From: an uncultured delta proteobacterium
GTDB taxonomy: Bacteria; Desulfobacterota; Binatia; UBA9968
Assembly (NCBI GenBank): GCA_963745035.1
Contig: CAVUVW010000002.1
Location: 64,001-128,000 of the forward strand
Length of the DNA: 64,000 nt
Direction: 5' to 3'
The position numbers and the translations under genes are program-made. This document shows positions 30,741 through 40,317 of the stretch, in pieces. The notes under the pieces were generated by a model. It was not told the origin of the DNA. It ran no database searches and saw nothing but the letters and a program-made list of their open reading frames with translations. Each line of letters opens with the position of its first letter. The first letter of the stretch is position 1.

Positions 30741-31310
30741 CTACACTTTCCTATATTGCTTGACGTAGTCGTCATAGAGACCTTCTTTGCCTTTGGCCTC
30801 TAGCGCGCGCGAGCGGTCGGTGAGAATCTTTTTGTCTTCGACAAACGCTTTCCTGTTAAATCCGAGATTGCCGGGATGGACGCCGGTATCCATCCGAATT
30901 GCGTCACAGGGACAGGCTTCGACGCAAAAGCCGCAGTAAATGCACCGTAACGTATCGATTTCATAGCGAACTGCGTATTTTTCGACGGGATCGTTGGGAT
31001 CCTCACCGGCCTCGATATAAATACAATCCGCCGGACAAGCGGTCGCGCATAAGAAACAAGCGGTGCAGTTGGCCGTGTCGTCCGCGCTCAGAGTCAGGCG
31101 GTGACGCGCGCGAAAGGTGTCGGGGTAGGATGTTCTCTGCTCCGGATACTGGACCGTGACGGAGGCCTGAAGATTTTTTGCCAGACCGAATAGCTGGAGA
31201 ATGTGAATGCTGAGATTACGCCAAAAATGATAACCCGTGACCGACATGCCGCGCACAATCTCCGGAAAGTAAGCCCTCTCCCAAAGCGACATGTGCTCGA
31301 TTCTTTTCAT
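30741..31310 (-). CDS. nuoI: NADH-quinone oxidoreductase subunit I-like 2[4Fe-4S] protein
   Basis: TVQYPE, R.RHRL, CTACFLCATACP and CIYCGFCVEACP. Confidence 0.9.
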   Translation of the reverse strand: MKRIEHMSLWERAYFPEIVRGMSVTGYHFWRNLSIHILQLFGLAKNLQASVTVQYPEQRTSYPDTFRARHRLTLSADDTANCTACFLCATACPADCIYIEAGEDPNDPVEKYAVRYEIDTLRCIYCGFCVEACPCDAIRMDTGVHPGNLGFNRKAFVEDKKILTDRSRALEAKGKEGLYDDYVKQYRKV

Positions 31311-31346
31311 TGGCTTATCGCAGGGACGAACGGATGGCCCCGTCGC

Positions 31347-31922
31347 TCACTCACCGCCGGCGTATAGTTCGATCTGTTTCTCTTCCAGCCGTTGTTTTTC
31401 GGCATCGTCCATAATGTAGACGCCGTTTACCGCATCAATTTTCGACGGTTCATAGAAATTTTTGGAAAGCTCCGCCCCTTCATCGAATTCATACATCTTA
31501 ATGGCATCCCACGGACAGATTTTCTTATCAAGCCGATCGTCGGATTCCGTGCCGATCAGCTCAAGCTGAAATTTCTTCGGCAACTTGTTTTCTTCGATCG
31601 GCCTTTTGGAGCCGTCGTAATATCTGCCGGCATACTCGCGGTATATTTCGCCGGTTTCCTTGTGCCGATGGATCTTCGTTAAGTCATCGCTGAAACACAT
31701 TTGGCAACCGATGCATTTGTCGTTGTCGACCCAGACCCGATAGGGCTTCAGCCCGCCGGCCGGAGTTGCCTCGTAGAGCAAGTTAATGCAGTTTTCTACC
31801 GGACAGTGCAGCTCGCACAACGGCGACCCGGCGCAGCTACTGCAGTTCTCGTCCATGACGGCGAGCAGCGCGGTGCCTTTGCGTTTCTTTTTCTCGTCGG
31901 GTTGTGTCGTCGCCTCTGGCAT
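31347..31922 (-). CDS. Atypical 2[4Fe-4S] ferredoxin with a long insertion
   Basis: CSSC-x5-C-x3-CP; CIGCQMC followed about 60 aa later by CPWDAI. Confidence 0.75.
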   Translation of the reverse strand: MPEATTQPDEKKKRKGTALLAVMDENCSSCAGSPLCELHCPVENCINLLYEATPAGGLKPYRVWVDNDKCIGCQMCFSDDLTKIHRHKETGEIYREYAGRYYDGSKRPIEENKLPKKFQLELIGTESDDRLDKKICPWDAIKMYEFDEGAELSKNFYEPSKIDAVNGVYIMDDAEKQRLEEKQIELYAGGE

Positions 31923-31955
31923 AGTTTCTCCGCTGGTCGTAAACGTTCAGCAATC

Positions 31956-32282
31956 TCAAGCGCTAAATGACGTGCCGCACCCGCATGTCCCCTTGACGTT
32001 AGGATTGTTAAATACGAAGCCCGATTGCATCAGGCCGCTTTTGTAGTCGAGCTCTGTGCCGTCGAGATGAAGAATGCTCTTCGAGTCGAGCAAGACACGG
32101 GCCCCGGTGTTTTCGAACACGTGGTCTTCGCTCTCGGGAGAATCAATACCCATCTTGTACTCAAAGCCCGAGCATCCGCCCTCGACAACCTGAACGCGCA
32201 AGCCCTGCCCCGTTTTTGCGCCCACGAGAAGAGCCCGGATTTTTTCCGCCGCGCGATCGGTAATGGTTATTTCTCCAGACAT
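31956..32282 (-). CDS. A-type Fe-S carrier (IscA/ErpA/HesB)
   Basis: GGCSGFEY and CGCGTSF. Confidence 0.93.
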   Translation of the reverse strand: MSGEITITDRAAEKIRALLVGAKTGQGLRVQVVEGGCSGFEYKMGIDSPESEDHVFENTGARVLLDSKSILHLDGTELDYKSGLMQSGFVFNNPNVKGTCGCGTSFSA

Positions 32283-32315
32283 AAAGGTGGATCTTGTTTA
32301 GAGTGGCCGACCAGC

Positions 32316-32810
32316 TCAGGTTGCCACCTGAGTATCTCTTACCAGCCACTTCTCTTGCATGATCTTGTCCTGGATTCTAAGCAGCCCCTCGGTCAGGGCT
32401 TCCGGCCGCGGCGGGCAGCCCGGGACGTAGACGTCGACAGGAATGATCTTGTCCACGCCTTTGCAGACCGAGTAGGCGAGCTGGAAAAGGCCGCCGCAGT
32501 TGGCGCAGCTTCCCATCGAGATCACGTATTTCGGATCAGGCATCTGGTCATAGAGGAGCTTAGTTCGCTTGGCCATTTTATAAGTCAGTGTGCCGGCGAC
32601 AATCATCAAATCTGATTGCCGCGGCGTTGCGCGCGGCACCGCGCCGAAGCGATCGATGTCGGCGCGCGGCCCGCCCGTCTGCATCAATTCGATCGCGCAA
32701 CAAGCCAAGCCGAATAGCATGTACCACTGCGAAGACGCTCGGCCCCAGTTGAGCAAGTCGTCTACCTTGGTCGTAAAAACCGTTTCCGGCAATTGGTTGA
32801 GTAATGACGT
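32316..32810 (-). CDS. nuoB: NADH-quinone oxidoreductase subunit B
   Basis: [34 protein letters not shown]; AGGAGG precedes an in-frame ACG at 32810. Confidence 0.92.
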   Translation of the reverse strand, partial: TSLLNQLPETVFTTKVDDLLNWGRASSQWYMLFGLACCAIELMQTGGPRADIDRFGAVPRATPRQSDLMIVAGTLTYKMAKRTKLLYDQMPDPKYVISMGSCANCGGLFQLAYSVCKGVDKIIPVDVYVPGCPPRPEALTEGLLRIQDKIMQEKWLVRDTQVAT

Positions 32811-32843
32811 AAAAGCCTCCTGATTATTGTAGGCCGATGACCG

Positions 32844-33053
32844 TCAGTTGTGATCGATCCACTGCATCGCATCTTTCAAGGCGAACTCATCGGCTTCGTC
32901 TTTCGACAAAAACACTTTGTCGAGTCGGTCGCGACCGGATAGAACATCGTCCTGGCGCGTCAGTTTAAATCGGGCAATCCAACCGCTGCTATGGGTCAGC
33001 TGATACGATTCAATGTGAATGAGACAGTTCCGATAGGGAATGTTATTTTGCGT
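32844..33053 (-). CDS. Small protein, family B (HlyU-like pattern)
   Basis: YRNCLIHIESYQ...W...F.SKDEADEFALKDAMQWID; AAGGAG precedes an in-frame ACG at 33053. Confidence 0.6.
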   Translation of the reverse strand, partial: TQNNIPYRNCLIHIESYQLTHSSGWIARFKLTRQDDVLSGRDRLDKVFLSKDEADEFALKDAMQWIDHN

Positions 33054-33482
33054 CTCGCTCCTTTGCTGAATGCCGAGAGACCCGCACAACTTCCGGAGCG
33101 CAATCTCCTGCGCTCGCCAGGTGTGCGTTGTGAAAAATTCTCGGGTGCACGGTGATGACGACTTCCTAGTTCCGGAGTTGAAAATGCTGACTTTCATGCC
33201 GTCTCTGGAATGATCGGTCACACCCACCTCGATACCGCATTGAAAGCGATCGCGTTGAACGGACAATTCTTGCCACGCCTTGGCCGGAGCTGACGGCCGT
33301 TTGCTTGGAGGGCTGAGAAAGAAGGCTTACTTGAAGGACTTCAGGTAACCGCGGTCGGGAACCCTGCGCATTTAGAAATACTCATCAAGCCTAGGTCAAT
33401 TAAGCCCCTATAGCAAGGTGATACACACTCGACATCCATTGAGCTCAAGGCTCATCTGAATCAACCGATCTGCAGCGCAGAA

Positions 33483-34559
33483 TTATGCATTATCCGGGGC
33501 TCCCATCATTTTCGATCGTGTCGCCTGCAAGGAGCGAAAACCAACCAGTTGCTGGTTTTTTACATCGCACAAACTGAGTCGCAGAGAGCGGAAACTTGTC
33601 TTTAGCGTGATGGGCTTGACGGTCTGAAAGGCCGGGACGTCATCCTGGCATTGTTGCAGATTGTAGTTAGGGATGCTCGGTCGCACGTGATGAATGTGAT
33701 GCAGGCCGATGTTTCCGGTAAACCACTGAAGGATTTTCGGTAGCTTGAAATAGGAGCTGCCTTCAAGCGCGACTCGCATGGGATCCCAAGAGTCGTGTCG
33801 TACCCAATATGCGGTTTCGAATTGATGCTGCATGTAGAACAGCCACAACCCAACACTGCCGGCGATCACAATGATGGGCAATTGAATCAAAAGGTACGTC
33901 GGTAGACCGATGGTCCAGGTCGCGATTCCGACGATGACCAAGATCGCCAAGTTGGTGTAGAGCACGCTCGCGCGCTCTCTCTTTCCGGCCCCTTTGATAG
34001 GAAATCGGTGCAAGAATAGAAAGAGCAGCACCGAGCCTGGTCCGAGCAGAATAAAAGGATTACGGTAAAATCGGTAAGTGAGGCGCTTCGGTAGCGGCGC
34101 CGCCAGATACTCTTCTGTCGTCATCGTCCAGATATCGCCGACTCCTCGGCGATCCAGATCTCCCGCCGTGGCGTGATGCCGGTTGTGCACGCGGCGCCAG
34201 TCTTCAAACGCCGTGAAGGTCAAAACACCCGTGATGTAGCCGAGGATTGTGTTTGCTCGTCGTGACGCGAAGAAAGAACCATGACAACAGTCATGGAACA
34301 GAATGAAAACTCGTACCAGGACGCCTGCCGCAATAACGTTGAGCGCCAGGGTGATCCAATAGGGGTACGCCCCTTGGACAGTGCAGATCATCAGGGCCCA
34401 CAACAGACCGTACAGGCCTAACGTGTTGAGGATTTGCCAGATTGATTTCCGCAGATTTGGTTTTCGATACTTGGCGGAGATCCGATACCAATCGGGTTTG
34501 GCGGTTTCGGTTTCGGCGTACTTCGCGCCGGTGAGTTGTTCTCGTCTCGTGTTGACCAG
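33483..34559 (-). CDS. Membrane fatty acid desaturase (Bacillus Des-like)
   Basis: His boxes HDCCH, HNRHH, HHIHH; homology-like frame extends to a CTG at 34559 after AAGGA. Confidence 0.88.
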   Translation of the reverse strand: MVNTRREQLTGAKYAETETAKPDWYRISAKYRKPNLRKSIWQILNTLGLYGLLWALMICTVQGAYPYWITLALNVIAAGVLVRVFILFHDCCHGSFFASRRANTILGYITGVLTFTAFEDWRRVHNRHHATAGDLDRRGVGDIWTMTTEEYLAAPLPKRLTYRFYRNPFILLGPGSVLLFLFLHRFPIKGAGKRERASVLYTNLAILVIVGIATWTIGLPTYLLIQLPIIVIAGSVGLWLFYMQHQFETAYWVRHDSWDPMRVALEGSSYFKLPKILQWFTGNIGLHHIHHVRPSIPNYNLQQCQDDVPAFQTVKPITLKTSFRSLRLSLCDVKNQQLVGFRSLQATRSKMMGAPDNA

Positions 34560-34622
34560 AATAATATCCTTTTTTTTGGCGCTCCGCCGGAAGTTGATCG
34601 CTTGACCTCCGCGAGCCTCGTA

Positions 34623-34940
34623 CTACGCCGCGCTCGCAGCGGGCTTATGGAAGGTGGAGTCTAAGACGTCGAAAGTTTCTACTATAGGCAAACTTTCAAC
34701 TACCTTCGACAAAACTCTCAAGACATCGAGGTAAGCGATGTGATTGTAAGCGTCCGCATCTTCCTGGTTGTCCCAGAAACTAATGGCGATCGCCTCATTC
34801 CGCTTGGAGGCAACGAGAATAATCTCATCCTGAAATCCTTTTTGTGCACGCAACAGTGGAATGACCTTCTGCAAAAAAAGACGCCTGAACTCTTGGACGG
34901 TGTCGGCTCTAAGCTTGATTCTGAGCTTGCGCGTGTACAT
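34623..34940 (-). CDS. ABM-like dimeric alpha-beta barrel protein
   Basis: IPLLRAQKGF and ISFWD..EDADAY pattern. Confidence 0.7.
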   Translation of the reverse strand: MYTRKLRIKLRADTVQEFRRLFLQKVIPLLRAQKGFQDEIILVASKRNEAIAISFWDNQEDADAYNHIAYLDVLRVLSKVVESLPIVETFDVLDSTFHKPAASAA

Positions 34941-34992
34941 TCATTGTCCCGCAGGGCGAACTAGGAGGGCAACTATATGCGATTGGACACAT

Positions 34993-35577
34993 TCAGCGCC
35001 CGCCAGACGTAAGAGCTGGTCGGGTATATTTGATATACCGGCGCCGGCGTGGCAACCCTACTCCGCCATCGGCGCTGTTCTTAAGCAGAGACCCTTTGCT
35101 TGCCAGGGCTCTGTCTATCTGTCCCTCCGCAGCATCTCTGCTCTCTGCCAGCACTTCGGAGATTTCGCAGATCAGGAACTTTCTTGCTTTCTCCAGGGCT
35201 TGCCGATCGCGCGGCAGGAGCACCTTGGCGCCGCTCAACTCAGTGAGGGACTGAACGATTTCGGCCAAGTCAAATGCCGACCCCGAGGCTAAAAGTTTCG
35301 CGTTGTCGATACCGCGCTGCTTCCAATTCTTCGCCGCTAGAGATGAATCTTGTAAATGACCGAGCAGTTTTGGAATCTCCGATTTAGCGAGCAAGTGCCG
35401 GACGTGGAGCGCCCTGAGTTTTTCGACAGGGACGAGAACCGCGTCACGCTTATCGTCCAACAAGGAAAGCCTATAGAAGTTAGACGGATCGCCGGCAATT
35501 GTTTTCGTAACCACTGCATCGATCAGGCACGGACCCTGAGATGGATAAACAACTTTATCGCCGATCATGAACGTCAT
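34993..35577 (-). CDS. CarD/CdnL family RNAP-binding regulator
   Basis: F.IGDKVVYPSQG, NWKQR, KAR..L..EIS.V. Confidence 0.85.
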   Translation of the reverse strand: MTFMIGDKVVYPSQGPCLIDAVVTKTIAGDPSNFYRLSLLDDKRDAVLVPVEKLRALHVRHLLAKSEIPKLLGHLQDSSLAAKNWKQRGIDNAKLLASGSAFDLAEIVQSLTELSGAKVLLPRDRQALEKARKFLICEISEVLAESRDAAEGQIDRALASKGSLLKNSADGGVGLPRRRRYIKYTRPALTSGGR

Positions 35578-35603
35578 TTGTTTTCTTTCCGATTGGCAAC
35601 CTT

Positions 35604-36112
35604 ACATACGGACCGAGACGGGCAAACCATCATCGGTGATCTCCAACACCACATTCCCCTCCGCACGATAGCCCTTGATCGTCAAACAACTCCATCCGTC
35701 ATAGCTTCGACCTCAGAGTTTGTGGCGACACGGCTAACCGAAACTCATCGAGCAATTCCACGAGCCGATCGACTTCTTGCAACGCTCCTTGAATGGTCTC
35801 CTGTATTACAGAAATATCGATATCCTTTTTCGCCAAACCATTCCGAGCAAGGCCTGCGAGATCCTTCAATGCAAATTGCAGGGACGCCGAGAGCCCGCTC
35901 AAAGGATCGGCGACTTCATGGGCAAACACCGCAGCCAGGTTATCCAATTCGGCGAATCGGTCGTGCCGCGTTCTGTTCTCGACGAGTTTGTCATAACGCG
36001 ATTGATCCTGATGGCCGTTGCAATACACCAGTTTCAACCGCCGATCGGCGTCCGCCTCATTGGCCTCCTGCTCGATACCGCTGGGGGCGGTTTCATCCGG
36101 TATTCGTTCCAC
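35604..36112 (-). pseudogene. Internally deleted histidine kinase (HisKA intact, HATPase remnant)
   Basis: FAHEVADPLSG H-box; out-of-frame EAM.DG.CLTIKGY..GNVVLEITDDG fragment downstream. Confidence 0.65.
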
Positions 36113-36241
36113 AGATTCTCCTATTTCGAATGGATAACTAGACCATGCCAGAGATCAGTCTTCCTGGCGGTCTGTTTGCAAGATAAACAACCAGGGTGCG
36201 GTAGTTGGCGTCTCTCAAAACACCTCGTTGCCTCTAATTCC

Positions 36242-36294
36242 ATGATAGCCAATCGCGCGCCGATTAAGAAATGGCGATTGTCTAATATTGAACA
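36242..36294 (-). promoter_or_regulatory. Conserved promoter module: palindrome TGTCTAATATTGAACA (36279-36294) plus GG-N10-GC/TATCAT
   Basis: Near-duplicate of 55154-55206. Confidence 0.65.
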
Positions 36295-36308
36295 ACCCTG
36301 AATAAATT

Positions 36309-36728
36309 TTATTCAGCAGTATGAACAGGCGCTCCAAGCTTTGCCGACGTTGCGTCGAGGCGAGATGGCGTCCAATGCTTAAGCTTGTGCCGTATGTACT
36401 GGGGTTCCAACCCGAGTGCGTCGCAGACGGACAGAAAGGAGAAGAGCCGGCGAGAGTTGTCGCTGAAGAACCAATCCTCAGCTTCGTGCGCGCTCTGTAT
36501 GCGCGGCTGATCCCCTTCAAATTGGTTATGAAAGCAAAGAAATGCGTCTTCGAGCACGGCATACATCAAGGCCGTCTCCGGGCACACCTTAGTGAGCTTG
36601 ACTCTAGAGTCGAAAAACTGTTCGGGAAGCACGGCGTGTTCGAAGGGCCGATCATACGTTGCGACCCGGTGCGTCGACCCGCTCAGGCGCGCACGGCGGC
36701 GGTGGGTGGTGATATTGGTGTCGCGCAT
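36309..36728 (-). CDS. Uncharacterised helical protein, family A
   Basis: PETALMYAVLEDAF, EAEDWFFSD, FSFLSVCDALGLEPQYIR. Confidence 0.8.
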   Translation of the reverse strand: MRDTNITTHRRRARLSGSTHRVATYDRPFEHAVLPEQFFDSRVKLTKVCPETALMYAVLEDAFLCFHNQFEGDQPRIQSAHEAEDWFFSDNSRRLFSFLSVCDALGLEPQYIRHKLKHWTPSRLDATSAKLGAPVHTAE

Positions 36729-36824
36729 TGCGCCCTCTCTAAAAGTTGCGGAACAGTGGGCGATGAAATGTCACATCCGAATGTTCGCGCTCGCACCCGC
36801 GTTGATGTCGGTCGCGGTTCAAAC

Positions 36825-36867
36825 ACGCTATGTTGTCTCGGCGCGGGTTACTGTCTAATTCTGTACG
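36825..36867 (-). promoter_or_regulatory. Palindromic site TGTCTAATTCTGTACG (36852-36867), 21 nt from TAGCGT
   Basis: Motif match with -41.5 spacing upstream of a family A gene. Confidence 0.6.
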
Positions 36868-36963
36868 CTTCTGCAAATATCGCGGATATTCTGTTGATTT
36901 ATTATCGCTAACGGAATGGCCCACATCTCGATAATCCGGAACCTAGCGCGCTGGTAGACGCAC

Positions 36964-37665
36964 TCATGCTGCTGTTCCGAAGAGGGCGCCAATCCCCGCG
37001 GTCACTCCCATCGCCAGCGCGCCCCATAGCGTGACGCGCAGCGCGCCTACCGTTACCGGCGCGCCGCCCGCGCGCGCGGCCAACCCGCCCAATAGCGCCA
37101 GGAAAACCAGTGAAGTTCCAGAGACGAGAGGGATTAGGCTCGCCTCGGGAACTAATGCCGCGGTCGCGATCGGCATCGCCGCTCCCACAGCAAAACTACC
37201 GGCCGACGCCAGCGCAGCTTGAATCGGCCGCGCATTGAGAGTCACGGAGATACCGAGTTCGTCGCGGGCATGCGCGCCGATCGCGTCATGGGCCATGAGT
37301 TGATCGGCGACCTGTTTCGCGAGCGCAGGATCGAGGCCGCGACCGACGTAGATCGCCGAGAGTTCCCTGTGCTCGCCGGGAGCGTCTAATTTTAGTTCCG
37401 TGCGCTCGAGCGCAAGATCGGCCTGTTCGGTGTCGGCCTGTGAATGGACAGACACGTATTCGCCGGCAGCCATCGACATAGCTCCGGCTACGAGTCCGGC
37501 GACTCCCGCGACCAGCACGCTGCTGTGAGTCGCATGCGCGGCGGCGACACCCAGCACCAGACTCGCCGTCGAAACGATACCGTCGTTCGCGCCCAATACC
37601 GTCGCGCGTAACCAGCCGATGCGTTCTGTGCGGTGTCGTTCTCTGTGTCTTAACGACATACTCAT
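36964..37665 (-). CDS. VIT1/CCC1 Fe2+/Mn2+ transporter
   Basis: LRATVLGANDGIVS and AGAMSMAAGEYVSV. Confidence 0.95.
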   Translation of the reverse strand: MSMSLRHRERHRTERIGWLRATVLGANDGIVSTASLVLGVAAAHATHSSVLVAGVAGLVAGAMSMAAGEYVSVHSQADTEQADLALERTELKLDAPGEHRELSAIYVGRGLDPALAKQVADQLMAHDAIGAHARDELGISVTLNARPIQAALASAGSFAVGAAMPIATAALVPEASLIPLVSGTSLVFLALLGGLAARAGGAPVTVGALRVTLWGALAMGVTAGIGALFGTAA

Positions 37666-37824
37666 CGTGTCCTCGCTGCGTCGAAAACAACCGCTTTACA
37701 AAGGCGGCACCTTCGCAACCGGAAAGTAGATCAGCGCGCCAAGATTACGAAACTGTCGAACAGCCTTTGGTCTCACGTGTCGGACGCACCGCGGTTCAGA
37801 TAAGCGATAACTCGTAAGGATTAC

Positions 37825-38070
37825 TTAGATGACGGAATTTTTAACTGGATGCCTATTCCGGAGGCGGTTATCAACCCATTCGCGGGCGATCTGGAAAGCC
37901 GAATTTTCAGCTTCCGCGGCGTGCAGAAAGCGATCTTGAGGATGACCTTTAATCGAGACCACCTGCTTCTTTCCTTCCTCGTTCCAACAAACACTGGCGA
38001 GAGGAAGCCAGAAGCAGTCCCCGGCATCGCGTCGAACGTCGATAAAGATCAGATGTTCTTTGTAAGTCAT
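37825..38070 (-). CDS. Small protein, family B (HlyU-like pattern)
   Basis: YKEHLI...WLP...F...AEAE..A..IAREWVD. Confidence 0.55.
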   Translation of the reverse strand: MTYKEHLIFIDVRRDAGDCFWLPLASVCWNEEGKKQVVSIKGHPQDRFLHAAEAENSAFQIAREWVDNRLRNRHPVKNSVI

Positions 38071-38122
38071 TCGCGCACCATCTCGCGTCGCGATTATTCG
38101 GGACTTCAGATTTCGTAGATTA

Positions 38123-38197
38123 CGCTGCGGAGGCGCTGAGGACGCCGAGGAGAAAGGAAAAAAACAATCTCTACGAACTCTGTGCCTCTGCGGTGAG
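38123..38197. repeat. REP-like imperfect hairpin (CGCNGAG ... CTCTGCG units)
   Basis: cgctgcggaggcgctgaggacgccgagg ... ctctacgaactctgtgcctctgcggtg. Confidence 0.5.
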
Positions 38198-38273
38198 CGG
38201 TTTTCCTGCTTGCGGTCCTGTCGCGCTGAGCTCTGTGATAAATGCTCATCCTCAACAAACCGGAACGTATTCT

Positions 38274-39731
38274 CTAACCGACGCTGCCTTCGAGACTCAC
38301 GCTCAAGAGCTTCTGCGCTTCCACAGCAAATTCCATCGGCAGCTCGCGAAATACCTGTTTGCAGAAGCCATTGACGATCAAAGTTACGGCGTCCTCGGGT
38401 GAAATGCCGCGCTGCCGGCAGTAGAAAAGCTGATCCTCTCCGATCCTTGACGTCGAAGCCTCATGTTCCACCTGCGAGGAGTTGTTCATGACTTCAAGGT
38501 AAGGGAACGTATGCGCGCCGCACTTATCGCCGAGCAGCAACGAGTCGCACTGGGAGTAATTACGCGCACCGCTGGCGCCCCTCGCCACTCGCACGAGCCC
38601 CCGATAGGTGTTCTGTCCATGTCCTGCCGAGATGCCCTTCGAAATGATCGTGCTCTTGGTATTTTTGCCGATGTGGATCATCTTGGTGCCCGTGTCCGCC
38701 TGCTGGAAATTGTTGGTGAGCGCAACCGAATGAAACGCTCCGACTGAGTTATCACCCTGCAGGATGCAGCTAGGATATTTCCAGGTGATGGCCGATCCGG
38801 TCTCGACCTGGGTCCAGGAAATCTTGGAGTTGGTTCCCAGACATTTTCCCCGCTTGGTGACAAAATTGTAGATTCCGCCTTTGCCGTCCTTGTCGCCGGG
38901 ATACCAGTTCTGCACCGTCGAGTACTTGATCGTCGCATTGTCCAGCGCAACGAGCTCCACCACGGCGGCATGCAACTGATTTTCATCGCGCATCGGCGCG
39001 GTGCATCCTTCCAGGTAACTCACCGAGCTGCCCTCATCGGCCACGATCAACGTTCGCTCAAACTGGCCGGTTTCAGCGGCATTGATGCGAAAGTAAGTCG
39101 ATAGCTCCATCGGACAGCGCACGCCTTTCGGGATGTAACAGAACGAGCCGTCGCTGAAGACCGCGGCGTTCAAAGCGGCGAAGAAGTTGTCGCTGTAAGG
39201 CACCACCGAGCCGAGGTATTTTCTGACTAACACCGGATGCTTCTGTACAGCTTCCGAAAAGGAACAAAAGATGACTCCCAACTCCGCTAACTTTTTCTTG
39301 AATGTCGTCGCCACCGAGACGCTGTCAAAGACCGCATCGACCGCGACGCCGCTGAGCCACTTTTGCTCCGCTAAAGGGATGCCGAGCTTCTCATAAGTTT
39401 CGAGCAGTTTAGGATCGACTTCTTCGAGGCTCTTTAGGCTCCCGTTTGTTTTCGGCGCCGAGTAATAGATGAGATTTTGATAGTCGATCGGCGCATAGTG
39501 GACATTGGCCCATTTCGGCTCCGCCTCGGACTTTTTCAATTTCACCCAGTGGCGGTAGGCTTTGAGGCGCCAGTCCAGCATGAAGTTCGGCTCGTTCTTC
39601 TTCGCCGAAATCAAGCGAACGGTTGCCTCGCTCAGCCCGCGAGGCACGGCGTCGTTCTCAATGTCGGTGACAAACCCGTACTTGTACTCCTGGTTGACCA
39701 GCGCCTCCGTCGTCTGTGTGGCAGTATTCAT
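38274..39731 (-). CDS. sufB: Fe-S cluster assembly scaffold SufB
   Basis: [40 protein letters not shown]. Confidence 0.97.
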   Translation of the reverse strand: MNTATQTTEALVNQEYKYGFVTDIENDAVPRGLSEATVRLISAKKNEPNFMLDWRLKAYRHWVKLKKSEAEPKWANVHYAPIDYQNLIYYSAPKTNGSLKSLEEVDPKLLETYEKLGIPLAEQKWLSGVAVDAVFDSVSVATTFKKKLAELGVIFCSFSEAVQKHPVLVRKYLGSVVPYSDNFFAALNAAVFSDGSFCYIPKGVRCPMELSTYFRINAAETGQFERTLIVADEGSSVSYLEGCTAPMRDENQLHAAVVELVALDNATIKYSTVQNWYPGDKDGKGGIYNFVTKRGKCLGTNSKISWTQVETGSAITWKYPSCILQGDNSVGAFHSVALTNNFQQADTGTKMIHIGKNTKSTIISKGISAGHGQNTYRGLVRVARGASGARNYSQCDSLLLGDKCGAHTFPYLEVMNNSSQVEHEASTSRIGEDQLFYCRQRGISPEDAVTLIVNGFCKQVFRELPMEFAVEAQKLLSVSLEGSVG

Positions 39732-39869
39732 GACTTCAGCCTTCCTTCATTTGCCGGTTGCCAAAACCTGCCCAAAGGTCGCGTCGCCGAGAAAAGTGTC
39801 CTTTCTCAGGCTCGGAAGAACGCTCCCATGCCATAGTGCATACCCTATCCCGATCGTAACAGCTCGCTG

Positions 39870-40172
39870 TTAGTTCCTCGCTAGATGCCCGGCTAATTCG
39901 AGCGCCTTGAGACGATGGCCCAGCTTTTCTTGAAACCACGTATCCCTGGGCCAGTGCCACTTCGCATGCGGCAGCGCCTCGTCGCGGTATGAGCAGCCGT
40001 TCACCTTGCTCTGCAAGAATACGAGCTGCCAATAGCTCACCTTCTCCTCTTCCGCACTATCAGCAAGAGTTCTGCTCAAGACCTCATTGACTCGCGCTGC
40101 AAGCCCGCTCAAGGAATTTTGCGTCAAGAATCCAGGGAGAAACGATAGCTTTTCCGAATGATCCAACTTCAT
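39870..40172 (-). CDS. Hypothetical protein upstream of sufB
   Basis: GGAGG RBS before MKLDHS; follows the palindromic site at 40345. Confidence 0.45.
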   Translation of the reverse strand: MKLDHSEKLSFLPGFLTQNSLSGLAARVNEVLSRTLADSAEEEKVSYWQLVFLQSKVNGCSYRDEALPHAKWHWPRDTWFQEKLGHRLKALELAGHLARN

Positions 40173-40317
40173 GACTGTCCTCCAAAATATTTCTTCGGGC
40201 TCCAAACTCTCACCTCACACACGAGACGGTATCCGCGTTCACGCCAAATGGAGAGACCGAGAAAACCATGGAAGTCGTCGCTTAACAGACCACTTCCCGG
40301 CGTCCTCTCTTTGATTC

